Positions 16,449-25,825 of a stretch of 31,073 bases of DNA are shown in pieces. Below the pieces are notes generated by a model. The model searched no databases. It was given only the letters and a program-made list of their open reading frames with translations, and was not told where the DNA came from. Numbering within the stretch: the stretch's first letter is position 1; each line of letters begins with the position of its first letter. The translations under genes were made by a program, and so were the position numbers. This DNA is from a virus (lineage: Duplodnaviria; Caudoviricetes). The DNA is taken from the IMG/VR virus record IMGVR_UViG_3300005805_000306, positions 1 through 31,073 of that record. One strand, written 5' to 3'.

Positions 16449-17549
16449 ATGAGCAAGACCATTGAATCGCGTACTGTGACCATTGCCGAGGCCCGCAGCC
16501 GGGTGATGCGTTGTTTGAATGCCCGCCGCCCGGTGTTCCTGTGGGGGCCTCCCGGAGTTGGCAAGAGCGAACTGGTGGGCCAGATCGCCAGCGACTTGGG
16601 TGGCGTGATGCTGGACTTCCGGCTGGCTATCCGGCAGCCCACTGACATCATTGGCATCCCCTACTTCAACAAGGACAAGGGCGTGATGGATTGGGCGCCG
16701 CCGGTGGATCTGCCCAGCGCCGAGTTTGCTGCCAAGTATCCGGTTGTGGTGCTGTTCCTGGACGAAATGAACTCGGCTGCGCCGGCCGTGCAGGCTGCGG
16801 CGTATCAGCTGGTGCTGGATCGCCGGGTTGGCCAGTATGTTCTGCCCGACAACGTGGTGATCGTGGCTGCTGGCAACCGCGAGACTGACAAGGGCGTTAC
16901 GTTCCGTATGCCCACTCCGCTGGCCAACCGCTTCGTCCACCTGGAAGTTCGCGTGGACTTCGAGACCTGGTTCAACTGGGCTGTGGATCACAACATCCAC
17001 AAGGACATCGTGGGCTACCTGCAGTTCCGCAAGAACGACCTGTTCGACTTCGACAGCAAGAGCGCCAGCCGCTCGTTTGCTACGCCGCGTAGCTGGAAGT
17101 TCCTGAGCGACCTCCTGGAAGACGACACCATGAGCGCTGCTGAGCTCAGCGACCTGGCTGCTGGCACGGTGGGCGAAGGCATTGCGGTGCAGTTCATGGC
17201 CCACCGTAAGTATTCCGAAGACCTGCCCAACCCCAGTGAAATCCTGGACGGCAAGGTCAAGGATCTCAAGACCAAGGAGATGAGCGCCAAGTATTCGCTG
17301 GTGATTTCCATGTGCTACGAGCTCCAGGAGGCTCACAAGAAGAACGTGGGCGAGAAGCGGTTCCACGAGATGGCTGACAACTTCTTCGACTTCATGATGA
17401 AGAACTTCGAGACTGAGCTCACTGTGATGGGTGCCCGTGTGGCGCTGGTGAATTATAAGCTGCCCTTCCATCCCAGCAAGCTCAAGACGTTCGAAGAATT
17501 CCACCGCCGGTATGGTAAATATATCATCGCGGTGGGTCAGACCAAGTAG
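16449..17549 (+). CDS. MoxR-family AAA+ ATPase
   Basis: GPPGVGKS, LFLDEMN, IVAAGN, PLANRF, FATPRSW; SD aggag. Confidence 0.92.
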   Translation: MSKTIESRTVTIAEARSRVMRCLNARRPVFLWGPPGVGKSELVGQIASDLGGVMLDFRLAIRQPTDIIGIPYFNKDKGVMDWAPPVDLPSAEFAAKYPVVVLFLDEMNSAAPAVQAAAYQLVLDRRVGQYVLPDNVVIVAAGNRETDKGVTFRMPTPLANRFVHLEVRVDFETWFNWAVDHNIHKDIVGYLQFRKNDLFDFDSKSASRSFATPRSWKFLSDLLEDDTMSAAELSDLAAGTVGEGIAVQFMAHRKYSEDLPNPSEILDGKVKDLKTKEMSAKYSLVISMCYELQEAHKKNVGEKRFHEMADNFFDFMMKNFETELTVMGARVALVNYKLPFHPSKLKTFEEFHRRYGKYIIAVGQTK

Positions 17550-17580
17550 TTCTCTCAGGGTGTTGTGACCCTGCTACACG

Positions 17581-17618
17581 ATGCGGGCTTGGGCAACCAA
17601 GCCCGCATTCGTCTGTTT
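17581..17618 (+). terminator. Stem-loop, probable intrinsic terminator
   Basis: ATGCGGGCTTGG-GCAA-CCAAGCCCGCAT followed by a weak T tract. Confidence 0.7.
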
Positions 17619-17785
17619 ACCTTGCTCTGTCGTGCCCTAGAACAGCCTGACCAGTGCCAGGACATGTCTGAGTATACCCCAGCCTCTCCAGGCTGTTCTA
17701 GGGCATTCTGCGGTGTTGAAAACAAAAGGGTTAGACTCCTGTGTTTTCAACAGGTTAGCAATTGAAATTATTTTTGCTGATTTGG

Positions 17786-17824
17786 TTGACTCACTGCCAA
17801 CCATTTGCTATAATAAAAGAGTAA
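17786..17824 (+). promoter_or_regulatory. Early promoter
   Basis: TTGACT-17-TATAAT-AAAAGAGTAAAGGACAAC (near-identical to the 16116-16143 element). Confidence 0.85.
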
Positions 17825-17832
17825 AGGACAAC

Positions 17833-18333
17833 ATGACTACTGGCGCAACCCTTACCCCGGATGAGTTCAAGAAGCTGAACAATGCCCTGTGTGGTATCCG
17901 TTACACCCAACGACAGCTTCAGAGTGTATTGAATCCTGAGCTGCTCAAGAGCCTGAATGACAGCATCGAAAGCATAGAGCAGGCGCTGGCCAATTCCTAT
18001 CAGAGAGAAAGTCAGTTGTTCGATGCCCGCTCCCGCTACTACCATCAGGTAGCTGAACAGGAAGGTTTTGATTCGAACTGGAGCATTTACACGGTGGGCT
18101 CCATGTTCGAAAATCACCCCTATGAGGGCGTCAAGGAACTGGTGTACAAGACTGTGACCTCGCACCTGAACTGGACCGAGGTTGAGATTCGTGTGCCAGT
18201 TGAAGGCTGCCGTTGGCTTGACTTGTGGCGGGCGGCTGACGCTGCGATCCGGCAGAGCGGAGACCGTCATCACATCTTCATTGAAGGGTTCCAGCAGGAC
18301 CTGGAAATAGTGACCTTGGTCACTGGCAGCTAG
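17833..18333 (+). CDS. Hypothetical early protein
   Basis: Start MTTGATL after SD aagga; C-terminal WLDLWRAADAAIRQSGDRHHIFIEGF. Confidence 0.8.
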   Translation: MTTGATLTPDEFKKLNNALCGIRYTQRQLQSVLNPELLKSLNDSIESIEQALANSYQRESQLFDARSRYYHQVAEQEGFDSNWSIYTVGSMFENHPYEGVKELVYKTVTSHLNWTEVEIRVPVEGCRWLDLWRAADAAIRQSGDRHHIFIEGFQQDLEIVTLVTGS

Positions 18334-18334
18334 G

Positions 18335-18363
18335 TTGACACCCGCTGACCCGTTTGCTACAAT
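18335..18363 (+). promoter_or_regulatory. Early promoter
   Basis: TTGACA-17-TACAAT with CGTTTGC. Confidence 0.8.
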
Positions 18364-18377
18364 AATAGAGAGGACAC

Positions 18378-19664
18378 ATGAGCAACACTACCAAACCCAA
18401 GAAGAATTCTCGCAAGGCTCAGTTTGAGCTCAACTGTACTGACCAGCCCATCCCCAAGGACCTCAGCAATCGGGTTCGTGAAAAGTTGGTAACGGCCCGG
18501 ATTTCGTTGCTGCTCAAGAAACCGTTCTTTGGCAACATTGCCACCCGGTTGGTGCTGACGCCTGCAGACGAGTGGTGCCCCACTGCTGCTACCGATGGGC
18601 GCAAGTTCTACTATAATCATGCGTTCATTGACGCCTTGCGCACTCGCGAAGTGGAGTTCCTGTTTGGCCACGAAGTGCTGCATTGTGTATACGATCACAT
18701 GGAACGCCGGGGCGACCGTGACCCCCAGCTGCACAACATTGCTGCTGACTACGTGGTGAACCTGGAACTGGTGGACCAGAAGGTTGGCGAGCTGATTACC
18801 ACTGTGCCGGCGCTGTATGACCGCAAGTATGTGAATTGGAGTTCAGAGCAGGTGTACGATGACCTGTTCAAGAATGCCAAGAAGATCAACATCCAGGATC
18901 TGCTGGACCAGCTGCTGGATGATCACATGGACGGCAGCGAGGGCGAGGGTGACGGCGATGGTGATAGCAAAGAAGGACCGAAAGGTCGCCCGGGTCGTCC
19001 CAAGCTGAGCGAAGAAGAAAAGAAGGCCATCCGGGACGAGATCCGCGAAGCGGTGCTCAACGCTGCCAAGCAGTGCCAGGCTGGCGACTTGCCTGCAGGT
19101 GTTCAGCGCCTGATCAAGGACCTCACTGAGCCCAAGCTGAACTGGCGTGAGCTGCTCCGGCAGCGTATCGAAAGCACGGTGCTCAGCGATTACAGTTGGC
19201 TGGTGCCCAGCCGCAAGGGCTGGGACATGGATGCGGTGCTGCCGGGCATGATCGTGGATCAGCAGATTGACATCTGTGCGGCACTGGATATGAGCGGCTC
19301 CATTGGCGAGGCTGAAGCTCGTGACTTCCTGAGCGAGATCCAGGGCATCATGAGCCAGTTTGACGGTTACAAGATCCAGGTGTGGTGCTTCGACACCCAG
19401 GTTTACAGCCACGACACGTTTACCAACGATGACGGCCGCAGCATTGATGAATACAAGATCAAGGGCGGTGGCGGTACTAGCTTTGACGTGAACTGGGAAT
19501 GGATGAAAGAGAACAACATCGAACCCAAGTTGTTTGTTATGTTCACTGACATGTACACTGGAGACGGCTTTGGTGACCCCAACTACTGCGACACTATCTT
19601 CGTGTCGCATGGCGGGGCTGACATTGTGGCCCCGCACGGGCTGACTGTGAAGTACGAGAAGTAG
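18378..19664 (+). CDS. Metallopeptidase + VWA domain protein (DUF2201-like MoxR partner)
   Basis: TAATDG, HEVLH, NIAADYVVN; MIDAS DMSGS, GGGGTSF, FTD. Confidence 0.9.
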   Translation: MSNTTKPKKNSRKAQFELNCTDQPIPKDLSNRVREKLVTARISLLLKKPFFGNIATRLVLTPADEWCPTAATDGRKFYYNHAFIDALRTREVEFLFGHEVLHCVYDHMERRGDRDPQLHNIAADYVVNLELVDQKVGELITTVPALYDRKYVNWSSEQVYDDLFKNAKKINIQDLLDQLLDDHMDGSEGEGDGDGDSKEGPKGRPGRPKLSEEEKKAIRDEIREAVLNAAKQCQAGDLPAGVQRLIKDLTEPKLNWRELLRQRIESTVLSDYSWLVPSRKGWDMDAVLPGMIVDQQIDICAALDMSGSIGEAEARDFLSEIQGIMSQFDGYKIQVWCFDTQVYSHDTFTNDDGRSIDEYKIKGGGGTSFDVNWEWMKENNIEPKLFVMFTDMYTGDGFGDPNYCDTIFVSHGGADIVAPHGLTVKYEK

Positions 19665-19676
19665 ATTTCAAACTCA

Positions 19677-19703
19677 GCGGGAGGGAAACCTCCCGCATTT
19701 TTC
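19677..19703 (+). terminator. Intrinsic terminator
   Basis: GCGGGAGG-GAAA-CCTCCCGC-ATTTTT. Confidence 0.85.
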
Positions 19704-19704
19704 T

Positions 19705-19989
19705 ATGCAAAATGATCATCTAAAACAAATATGTCAGCACCCCAGAATAGTGGAGCGACTGCCCAGGCACTTCCAGGGTCTGGAGTTGCCCATGCAGGTG
19801 CCTGTTGACAATGCTGTAGCAGTGGCTCAGAGCATCATCAGAGACATTCTGGCTTCTACCCAGGGCCGTATTTTTGTGGATCTGAATCAGGAGCAGAATT
19901 ATGACTTGTACGTGGCGTTTGAAGAACCTGGCGATCTGGTCTACGTGACCTTGGCTTTGCCTGCGCTATTGTCTGAAAAAATTCGCTAG
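19705..19989 (+). CDS. Hypothetical protein (C-terminus resembles paralog-family motif)
   Basis: YVAFEEPGDLVYVTLAL. Confidence 0.75.
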   Translation: MQNDHLKQICQHPRIVERLPRHFQGLELPMQVPVDNAVAVAQSIIRDILASTQGRIFVDLNQEQNYDLYVAFEEPGDLVYVTLALPALLSEKIR

Positions 19990-20002
19990 GGCAGAAGTGC
20001 CG

Positions 20003-20009
20003 ATAAATA
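20003..20009 (+). promoter_or_regulatory. Putative late promoter ATAAATA
   Basis: Intergenic, before SD aaggag of the gene at 20029. Confidence 0.6.
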
Positions 20010-20028
20010 CTGATATCAAGGAGACAGT

Positions 20029-20292
20029 ATGGAAAATACTCAACCAACATTGGATCTAAATGATCTGAATATTTTGCGTGAAGTGGTGTCCCAATGTGCT
20101 ACTCGCGGAGCATTTAAAGCCGAAGAGTTCAGCGCCATTGGGCGTGTTTATGAAAGGCTAGTGGCTTTTCTGGAAGCGTCAAACGCTTTGGCTGCCACAG
20201 AGGAAGCCGATTCTGCTGATCAGCCTGCCCAGACTGACGAGCCGGTCAGCGAGGAAGTGCCGGTCCAGACTGAAGCTGCTGAAGGAATCTAA
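20029..20292 (+). CDS. Hypothetical phage protein
   Basis: LDLNDL...RGAFKAEEFSAIGRVYERL core with acidic tail. Confidence 0.85.
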   Translation: MENTQPTLDLNDLNILREVVSQCATRGAFKAEEFSAIGRVYERLVAFLEASNALAATEEADSADQPAQTDEPVSEEVPVQTEAAEGI

Positions 20293-20294
20293 CC

Positions 20295-20939
20295 ATGATC
20301 AAACATGTAGGTCGCCATGGCGACAAGAAGATTGTGATTTTGTATCGCACCGTACCTGGTGAAGATCATATGTGCTTGGTTGCCTACAGCGACCTGCTGC
20401 CCAGAACTTATCACGATGCAGTGATGAAGACTCTGGAAACTCCTGCTGGCCAGCAGGCCAAGGAATTTGCAGATGCACTGTTCCGCAACCTGTTGCCAGA
20501 TGGTCGTAACATCCTGCATACTCTGCATCGCGAAGGGTTGATCAAGAAGGTACCAACCAATCAGGTGATTGTCACGCCAGACACCAAGAGCAATGTCAGA
20601 CTGGACGAACTCAACGACATTCTGAAGAAGATGGAAGAAGGCGAGGATGCTGTGCGCAAGATGGCAGCCATGGATGCTCAGGCTGGGCTCAGAGATCCCA
20701 TCAAGAACCGCAAGATGGTGACTCCAGCTGAGCAGACTGCGGCTGTGCTGGATGATAGCAACCTGGCACAGAATCTGATGGCTCAGGCTACTCGCATGAA
20801 AGCCGAAGCTCAGAGCTTGCTGACCGAAGCAGCCAGATTGGAAACCGAAGCTCAGACACTGACCGCAGTCACTCCCAAGACTCCTGCTAAGAAAGGTCGC
20901 GGCAGAAACAGTGCGAAAAAGTCAGCTGTTGCAGAGTAA
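20295..20939 (+). CDS. Hypothetical phage protein (coiled coil, basic tail)
   Basis: 214 aa, SD aagga. Confidence 0.85.
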   Translation: MIKHVGRHGDKKIVILYRTVPGEDHMCLVAYSDLLPRTYHDAVMKTLETPAGQQAKEFADALFRNLLPDGRNILHTLHREGLIKKVPTNQVIVTPDTKSNVRLDELNDILKKMEEGEDAVRKMAAMDAQAGLRDPIKNRKMVTPAEQTAAVLDDSNLAQNLMAQATRMKAEAQSLLTEAARLETEAQTLTAVTPKTPAKKGRGRNSAKKSAVAE

Positions 20940-21219
20940 AGAACCAGTGGGTACTGATTGGGAAAAGCTCATAGACGAAATTGACAAGAAGATCATACCC
21001 ACTTTCCTGATTCGAGAAGTACATTTTATATATCCAGACTGTCCTGATGTGGTAATGGGGCTGGATCAACTGGATTCAGACACTCTGGAACTACTAGGAG
21101 CCTCTATTCGTGAACTCCGTGAAGATTCAGATGCTCGTATACGTTTAGTCATTGACGTCAATAAACTTCAAGCACACATTGAACCCTTTGTGGATCAAGT
21201 GTTGCAATCCTTACCTTGA
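20911..21219 (+). CDS. Hypothetical protein
   Basis: 102 aa, GTG start; exact start uncertain. Confidence 0.7.
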   Translation: MRKSQLLQSKEPVGTDWEKLIDEIDKKIIPTFLIREVHFIYPDCPDVVMGLDQLDSDTLELLGASIRELREDSDARIRLVIDVNKLQAHIEPFVDQVLQSLP

Positions 21220-21758
21220 TGAAATACAATAAACCAAATATCAACGTTTGTGCTATTTTTGCAACTGATCAAGATGGTGGTATGGGGTACCAGGGCCGAA
21301 TGCCCTGGCCCCATCTGTCTGATGATTTAAAAAATTTTCGACGTCTCACGCTGGGATGTCATGTGCTCATGGGCAGCAAAACCTGGACCAGCACTGACAT
21401 GAAAGCGCCGTTGCCCTTGCGTGGCAACATTGTGTGGAGTCGGAATCACAGTGTGCTGCCCAACATCACTGACAAAGTCATACAGTTTACAGGGGATCCA
21501 AAAGTTTGTCTGGAGATCTTTTCAGATCGGGAACCCCTTGCCAGTCAGATCTGGGTTATAGGCGGAGCAGAGACTCTGAAAACCTGGATGCCCTTTGTAA
21601 ACACTGTGTGGCATACTGAAATCCATCGACGTTGGGAGTGTGATACTCGCTACCATAATTCATATTGGCAATCTGAGTTTACACCTGAACCCAATCCCAG
21701 TAAATATCGTGATTATGATACAGGTATCGAGTACACCATCACTGTGTGGAATCGCTAA
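21219..21758 (+). CDS. folA: Dihydrofolate reductase
   Basis: GMGYQGRMPW, DLKNFRRLT, VLMGSKTW, PLPLRGNIV, WVIGGA, CDT. Confidence 0.92.
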   Translation: MKYNKPNINVCAIFATDQDGGMGYQGRMPWPHLSDDLKNFRRLTLGCHVLMGSKTWTSTDMKAPLPLRGNIVWSRNHSVLPNITDKVIQFTGDPKVCLEIFSDREPLASQIWVIGGAETLKTWMPFVNTVWHTEIHRRWECDTRYHNSYWQSEFTPEPNPSKYRDYDTGIEYTITVWNR

Positions 21759-21759
21759 T

Positions 21760-22602
21760 ATGGAACAACAATATCTAGATACACTGAAGAAAATATTAGA
21801 TACCGGAATCGATACTGATGACCGTACTGGAGTGGGCAGCCGTAGCATTTTTGGTGTGCAGATGCGGCATGATCTCAACGCGGGGTTTCCTGCATTAACC
21901 ACCAAGAAGCTAGCTTGGCAAGCTGTGGTAGGAGAGCTGTTGTGGTTTATTGAAGGCAGCAGCGATATTCACCGTCTGAGTGAACTAACACACGGAGTGC
22001 CTGATCGCAACACCATCTGGCATGCTAATGCTCTGGCTCCCAGCTGGTTGCCCAACGCTAAATTTGAAGGAGATGCTGGTTCTATCTATGGAGTACAGTG
22101 GCGTCGTTGGGTAGGCGACCATGGTGCAGAGATTGATCAGTTGGCTCAGTTGATTCTGGATATCAAGCAGAATCCCCACAGTCGCAGACACATTCTCACA
22201 GCATGGCAACCTGCCGAGTTAGATCAAATGTGTTTGCCACCCTGTCATATTCTGAGCCAGTTCTGGGTCAGACAAGGACGATTGAGCTGCCAGCTGTACC
22301 AGAGATCGGCCGATTTCCCCCTGGGAATCCCATTCAATATTGCCAGCTACAGTCTGCTCACTCACATGATTGCACAGGTATGCGGGCTGGGTGTAGGAGA
22401 GTTTGTGCATGTGATCGGAGACGCTCACATCTATCACAATCAATTTGATGGTGTTCGAGAGCAACTGACTCGCACTGGTTATGATTTTCCCACACTGTGG
22501 ATCAATCCAGATGTAACCAGTATATTTGATTTCAAACCACAGGATTTCAAACTGATTGGATACAAACATCATCCGGCCATCCAGTTTCCGTTCGCGACCT
22601 GA
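21760..22602 (+). CDS. thyA: Thymidylate synthase
   Basis: DDRTGVG, TTKKL, ELLWF, YGVQWR, LPPCH, YQRSAD..LGIPFNIASY, GDAHIY. Confidence 0.96.
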   Translation: MEQQYLDTLKKILDTGIDTDDRTGVGSRSIFGVQMRHDLNAGFPALTTKKLAWQAVVGELLWFIEGSSDIHRLSELTHGVPDRNTIWHANALAPSWLPNAKFEGDAGSIYGVQWRRWVGDHGAEIDQLAQLILDIKQNPHSRRHILTAWQPAELDQMCLPPCHILSQFWVRQGRLSCQLYQRSADFPLGIPFNIASYSLLTHMIAQVCGLGVGEFVHVIGDAHIYHNQFDGVREQLTRTGYDFPTLWINPDVTSIFDFKPQDFKLIGYKHHPAIQFPFAT

Positions 22603-22639
22603 TACCAGAGGAGGTCCTATGATAAATAGTTGTGAAACC

Positions 22640-22918
22640 ATGTGCTTGGAAGACTCTGCTGGTAGTACCAGATGGATCAGGATAGTGGAGTTTGATAACA
22701 ATTTATTTGCTATAGAAAGCACTGATTATGCTATACTGGAAAGAGGGTATTCAATGAAGTTCAGCGATCACGCTGAACTGTCCAACTGGATGCATCATCA
22801 GATATCATCTGGTTGGGCGGTAAGTTTCAGTACTCATCAGCCCAGTGACAACATAGATACCGACATCATTGGCCGTATTCAGTTAAATGTGTTTAACGCA
22901 TTGGCCAAAAATAAATAA
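22640..22918 (+). CDS. Hypothetical protein
   Basis: ATG 22640 after ATAAATA 22622-28 (alternative start 22619). Confidence 0.6.
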   Translation: MCLEDSAGSTRWIRIVEFDNNLFAIESTDYAILERGYSMKFSDHAELSNWMHHQISSGWAVSFSTHQPSDNIDTDIIGRIQLNVFNALAKNK

Positions 22919-22940
22919 ACAACAACAACAAGGAGAAATC

Positions 22941-24005
22941 ATGCGATTTTTATCAATTATGCTTTTGGGATTGGGTAGTTTGTTTGGCCAGACCAATCCT
23001 TTTCCCACTTTGGCACCAGCCAGTGCCACAGTGACTTATGACAAGGCTGTGGACACTGTGGTGTCTTTGCCTGGGGTGACCCTGACTGCTGGCACTAACC
23101 CGTTTTTCTACAGTGTGTTTGTGCCGGTAGAGTATTCTGCGGTGGTCACCTATGCACCCATGGTGGGCTTTCTGCCACCTGGTACCACTGGCGAAGTGCG
23201 CATGGCTGTGAATGCTCAGAGCCTGAATGTGGGTACCTACAACATTCCTGTCAGCTTTGTGCAGAACAGTCCCAATGTGATTGTGGGCTTTGGTATCACA
23301 CTGAATGTGACCGACAGTCGCACCTATGTGCTGCCTGGCGCTACTGACCGACAGATTCCTCACATTGCTGCTGGTGACAACTGGAAGACCCGAGTTCGTT
23401 TGGTGAATACTAGCTCTGCAACCAGCGTGAGTGAATTGCGTTTTTACAATGCTGCTGGTCAGAGTGAGAACTTTGCAGTGAACGGGTTCTTGACCAACTA
23501 TCTGCCGGGTGTAGCAATTCCTGCCCGAGGTTTTGTGGACCTGGTGTTGGATAATCCTGCTGGTCTCAAAACAGGCACTGCCACTGTGAAGCCCCTGATT
23601 GGCGACGTACCTGGCATCAACGTGATCTATCAGAGTGCTGCTCCAGCCTTTGAAAGCGCCGTGGAAGTCAAGCAACCCAATCGGTCCACGATGACCATTG
23701 CGTTCAACAACGTGGGTCGTAACAGCACTGGTATCGCGATCAGCAATGCACTGAACTTCAACCAGGAACTGACTTTTGAGTTCTTTGATGAACAGGGTCA
23801 GAACCTGATTCCCACCGGCACCACAGTGAACAAGGTCCGAGTTCCCCAGAACGGCCAGTACATTGCCACCATGAACACCGTTTGGCCGTTCACTGCTGGC
23901 AAGACTGGTACAGTTCGAATCACTGGAACCCAGCCTGCACTGTATGGATTTGGTTTGCAGTTTGACCTGGACAAGGGCGTGTTCTACACTCAACCAGTGT
24001 TCTAA
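22941..24005 (+). CDS. Secreted beta-rich protein (signal peptide, Ig/BACON-like plus Acidobacteriota-type PHxAxGxxWxT domain)
   Basis: SD aggag; MRFLSIMLLGLGSLFGQ signal; LNVGTY; IPHIAAGDNWKTRVRLVN; STGIAISN. Confidence 0.75.
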   Translation: MRFLSIMLLGLGSLFGQTNPFPTLAPASATVTYDKAVDTVVSLPGVTLTAGTNPFFYSVFVPVEYSAVVTYAPMVGFLPPGTTGEVRMAVNAQSLNVGTYNIPVSFVQNSPNVIVGFGITLNVTDSRTYVLPGATDRQIPHIAAGDNWKTRVRLVNTSSATSVSELRFYNAAGQSENFAVNGFLTNYLPGVAIPARGFVDLVLDNPAGLKTGTATVKPLIGDVPGINVIYQSAAPAFESAVEVKQPNRSTMTIAFNNVGRNSTGIAISNALNFNQELTFEFFDEQGQNLIPTGTTVNKVRVPQNGQYIATMNTVWPFTAGKTGTVRITGTQPALYGFGLQFDLDKGVFYTQPVF

Positions 24006-24027
24006 ACTCCTGCTGATCCTCAACCCT

Positions 24028-24053
24028 AACGGGGGCCCTAGGGCCCCCGTTTT
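24028..24053 (+). terminator. Intrinsic terminator
   Basis: AACGGGGGCCC-TA-GGGCCCCCGTT-TT. Confidence 0.85.
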
Positions 24054-24060
24054 CTGTCAT

Positions 24061-24089
24061 TTGACTTTGACATCATCGTTTGCTATACT
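24061..24089 (+). promoter_or_regulatory. Early promoter
   Basis: TTGACT-17-TATACT with CGTTTGC, followed by ATAGGAGTA. Confidence 0.8.
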
Positions 24090-24105
24090 ATAGGAGTACA
24101 AGGTC

Positions 24106-25269
24106 ATGGAACTGAACATACAGAAGTTGTTGCGTAACGATCCTGCTGCACTGGACCAGATCCAGAACATGGGCATTCAGGTCAATACTCATCCCCGATT
24201 CCCCAACCTCAAGCAGTTTGTCTACAGCATGATCGAGTCCTATGAATTCAAGGATCACCCGATCGTGTGCGAGTCCCGTGGTCTGCTGCTGAACAGTGAC
24301 GACAACTGGAACGTGGTTGCGCATCCGTTCAATCGTTTCTTCAATTTGGGCGAGCCGGGTGCTGCGGAGATCGACTGGAGCACTGCTCGAGTCCAGGAAA
24401 AGCTGGACGGTTCCCTGATGGTGATGTACTATTGGGCTGGCGCATGGCACGTGAACACTCGCAAGACGCCGGGTGCTGGTTCGCCCGTGGGCGATTGGGG
24501 CATCAACTTTGCCGACTTGTTCTGGCGCTGCTGGGATCAGCAGTACGGCGATGCTGGGTTTGATCATTTGATTCCGGGTTTTACCTACTGCTGGGAATTG
24601 ACCAGCCCCTTGAATCGCGTGGTTACCCACAATCGAGATGAGCGAATTACCTTGCTGGCGGTTCGTGATGCACAGGGCCAGGAACAGGCTGTTCAGCAGT
24701 ATCAGAACGCCTTTGATGTGGTTCGCCACTTTAAATTTGGTTCGGCTGAAGCTGCGGCGCAGGCTGCTGAGCTGCTGGATCCCATGGATCAGGAAGGCTT
24801 TGTGGTGGTGGACGCTGATTTTCAGCGTGTCAAGATCAAGAGCTCGCACTATGTGGCTATCCACCACACTGTGACCAGCTTGAACACCAGAGCCATTGTG
24901 GAGCTGATCCAGAAGGGTGAAGCTGATGAGGTAATGACTTACTTTCCCGAGATCCAGCGTGAATTCAATCGTATTGCGGGTCACATCAATCACGAAGCTG
25001 CGGAAGTTGACCGTTGGTTTGAGTTCTTGCAGCCCTGGGCTCAGCAGGTGATCCGCAATGGCGATCGTACTGCTGAATCCATCAGCCGCAAGCCGTTTTC
25101 GGCTGCTGTGGTTCAGAACGTTCCCAATCGGTATCATGCTGCAATGTTTGCTTTGGTCAAGCAGCAGGCTGGTTCGGGTCGCGAATGGCTTTTGAAGCAG
25201 GACCTGGAAACCATCATGCGCTGGATGAACTTCAAGAGCGTGAAAAATTTCCAGAAGGAGGCAGAATGA
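24106..25269 (+). CDS. rnlA: T4 Rnl1-like RNA ligase
   Basis: ESRGLL, PFNRFFNLGE, motif I EKLDGSL, WELTSP, EGFVV, RVKIKS. Confidence 0.92.
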   Translation: MELNIQKLLRNDPAALDQIQNMGIQVNTHPRFPNLKQFVYSMIESYEFKDHPIVCESRGLLLNSDDNWNVVAHPFNRFFNLGEPGAAEIDWSTARVQEKLDGSLMVMYYWAGAWHVNTRKTPGAGSPVGDWGINFADLFWRCWDQQYGDAGFDHLIPGFTYCWELTSPLNRVVTHNRDERITLLAVRDAQGQEQAVQQYQNAFDVVRHFKFGSAEAAAQAAELLDPMDQEGFVVVDADFQRVKIKSSHYVAIHHTVTSLNTRAIVELIQKGEADEVMTYFPEIQREFNRIAGHINHEAAEVDRWFEFLQPWAQQVIRNGDRTAESISRKPFSAAVVQNVPNRYHAAMFALVKQQAGSGREWLLKQDLETIMRWMNFKSVKNFQKEAE

Positions 25270-25475
25270 TCATCCCCAATCGACTCCCTGGAGTCAGTAT
25301 GCGGCAATATTGGGTCCAGGTACTGGAACAGTATGGAGCTTGGCAGGAACAAGACACTTGGTGTGTTCCTGCTTTTCCGCAAGGCAAAGAATTTTATTCC
25401 AGAACCCAGGACGTCTACTCAGCGTATGTAATGGCGTTGAATGGCGTCAATCTCAAAACTAAAAATCAAGGATAA
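25266..25475 (+). CDS. Hypothetical protein
   Basis: ATGA overlap, SD aaggagg. Confidence 0.65.
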   Translation: MIIPNRLPGVSMRQYWVQVLEQYGAWQEQDTWCVPAFPQGKEFYSRTQDVYSAYVMALNGVNLKTKNQG

Positions 25476-25477
25476 AC

Positions 25478-25825
25478 ATGCACAGCATCTGGTCTTTTCT
25501 GTTGGCATTATGTCTCACTGACACTGGTGAGATACGAGGTCGGGTTGTGAATTGTCGCAATCGCACTGTGTCCAAATTGGAGGTGTGCTACCAGACCTAT
25601 ACTGGCAATGGTATTGCACAGGCCGAAACGATGTGTACCAAGACCAACTCACAGGGTGAATTTGTTTTTGATCAGCTGGCACCAGGCACATATGGTGTCT
25701 TTATAAGCAGTGATCGTTGGCGCACCGTCAGATACCGAGATATCAAAATAGAGTCTGACAAGTCTGTGGACTTGTTTTTCAAACTGACTCCTGCGCCCAA
25801 TCAGGAATCCTGGTGTAGCCAATGA
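25478..25825 (+). CDS. Carboxypeptidase-regulatory-like (prealbumin-like) domain secreted protein
   Basis: Signal-like N-terminus; GEIRGRV, TNSQGEFVFDQLAPGTY. Confidence 0.8.
   Translation: MHSIWSFLLALCLTDTGEIRGRVVNCRNRTVSKLEVCYQTYTGNGIAQAETMCTKTNSQGEFVFDQLAPGTYGVFISSDRWRTVRYRDIKIESDKSVDLFFKLTPAPNQESWCSQ

Noticed and set aside
17565-17765. 66-aa ORF between MoxR and the next gene
   Set aside because: It spans a terminator hairpin and regulatory repeats with no convincing SD, so it is likely non-coding.
21760-22602. ThyA as a base-modifying hydroxymethylase
   Set aside because: It retains the canonical PCH and the dUMP-specifying PFN motif and sits next to DHFR, so it is an ordinary thymidylate synthase.
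13286-25137. Long minus-strand ORFs (13286-14221, 16407-17504, 18843-19637, 22953-24023, 24088-25137)
   Set aside because: They are antisense shadows of well-supported + strand genes with biased codon usage, and show no motifs or SDs.
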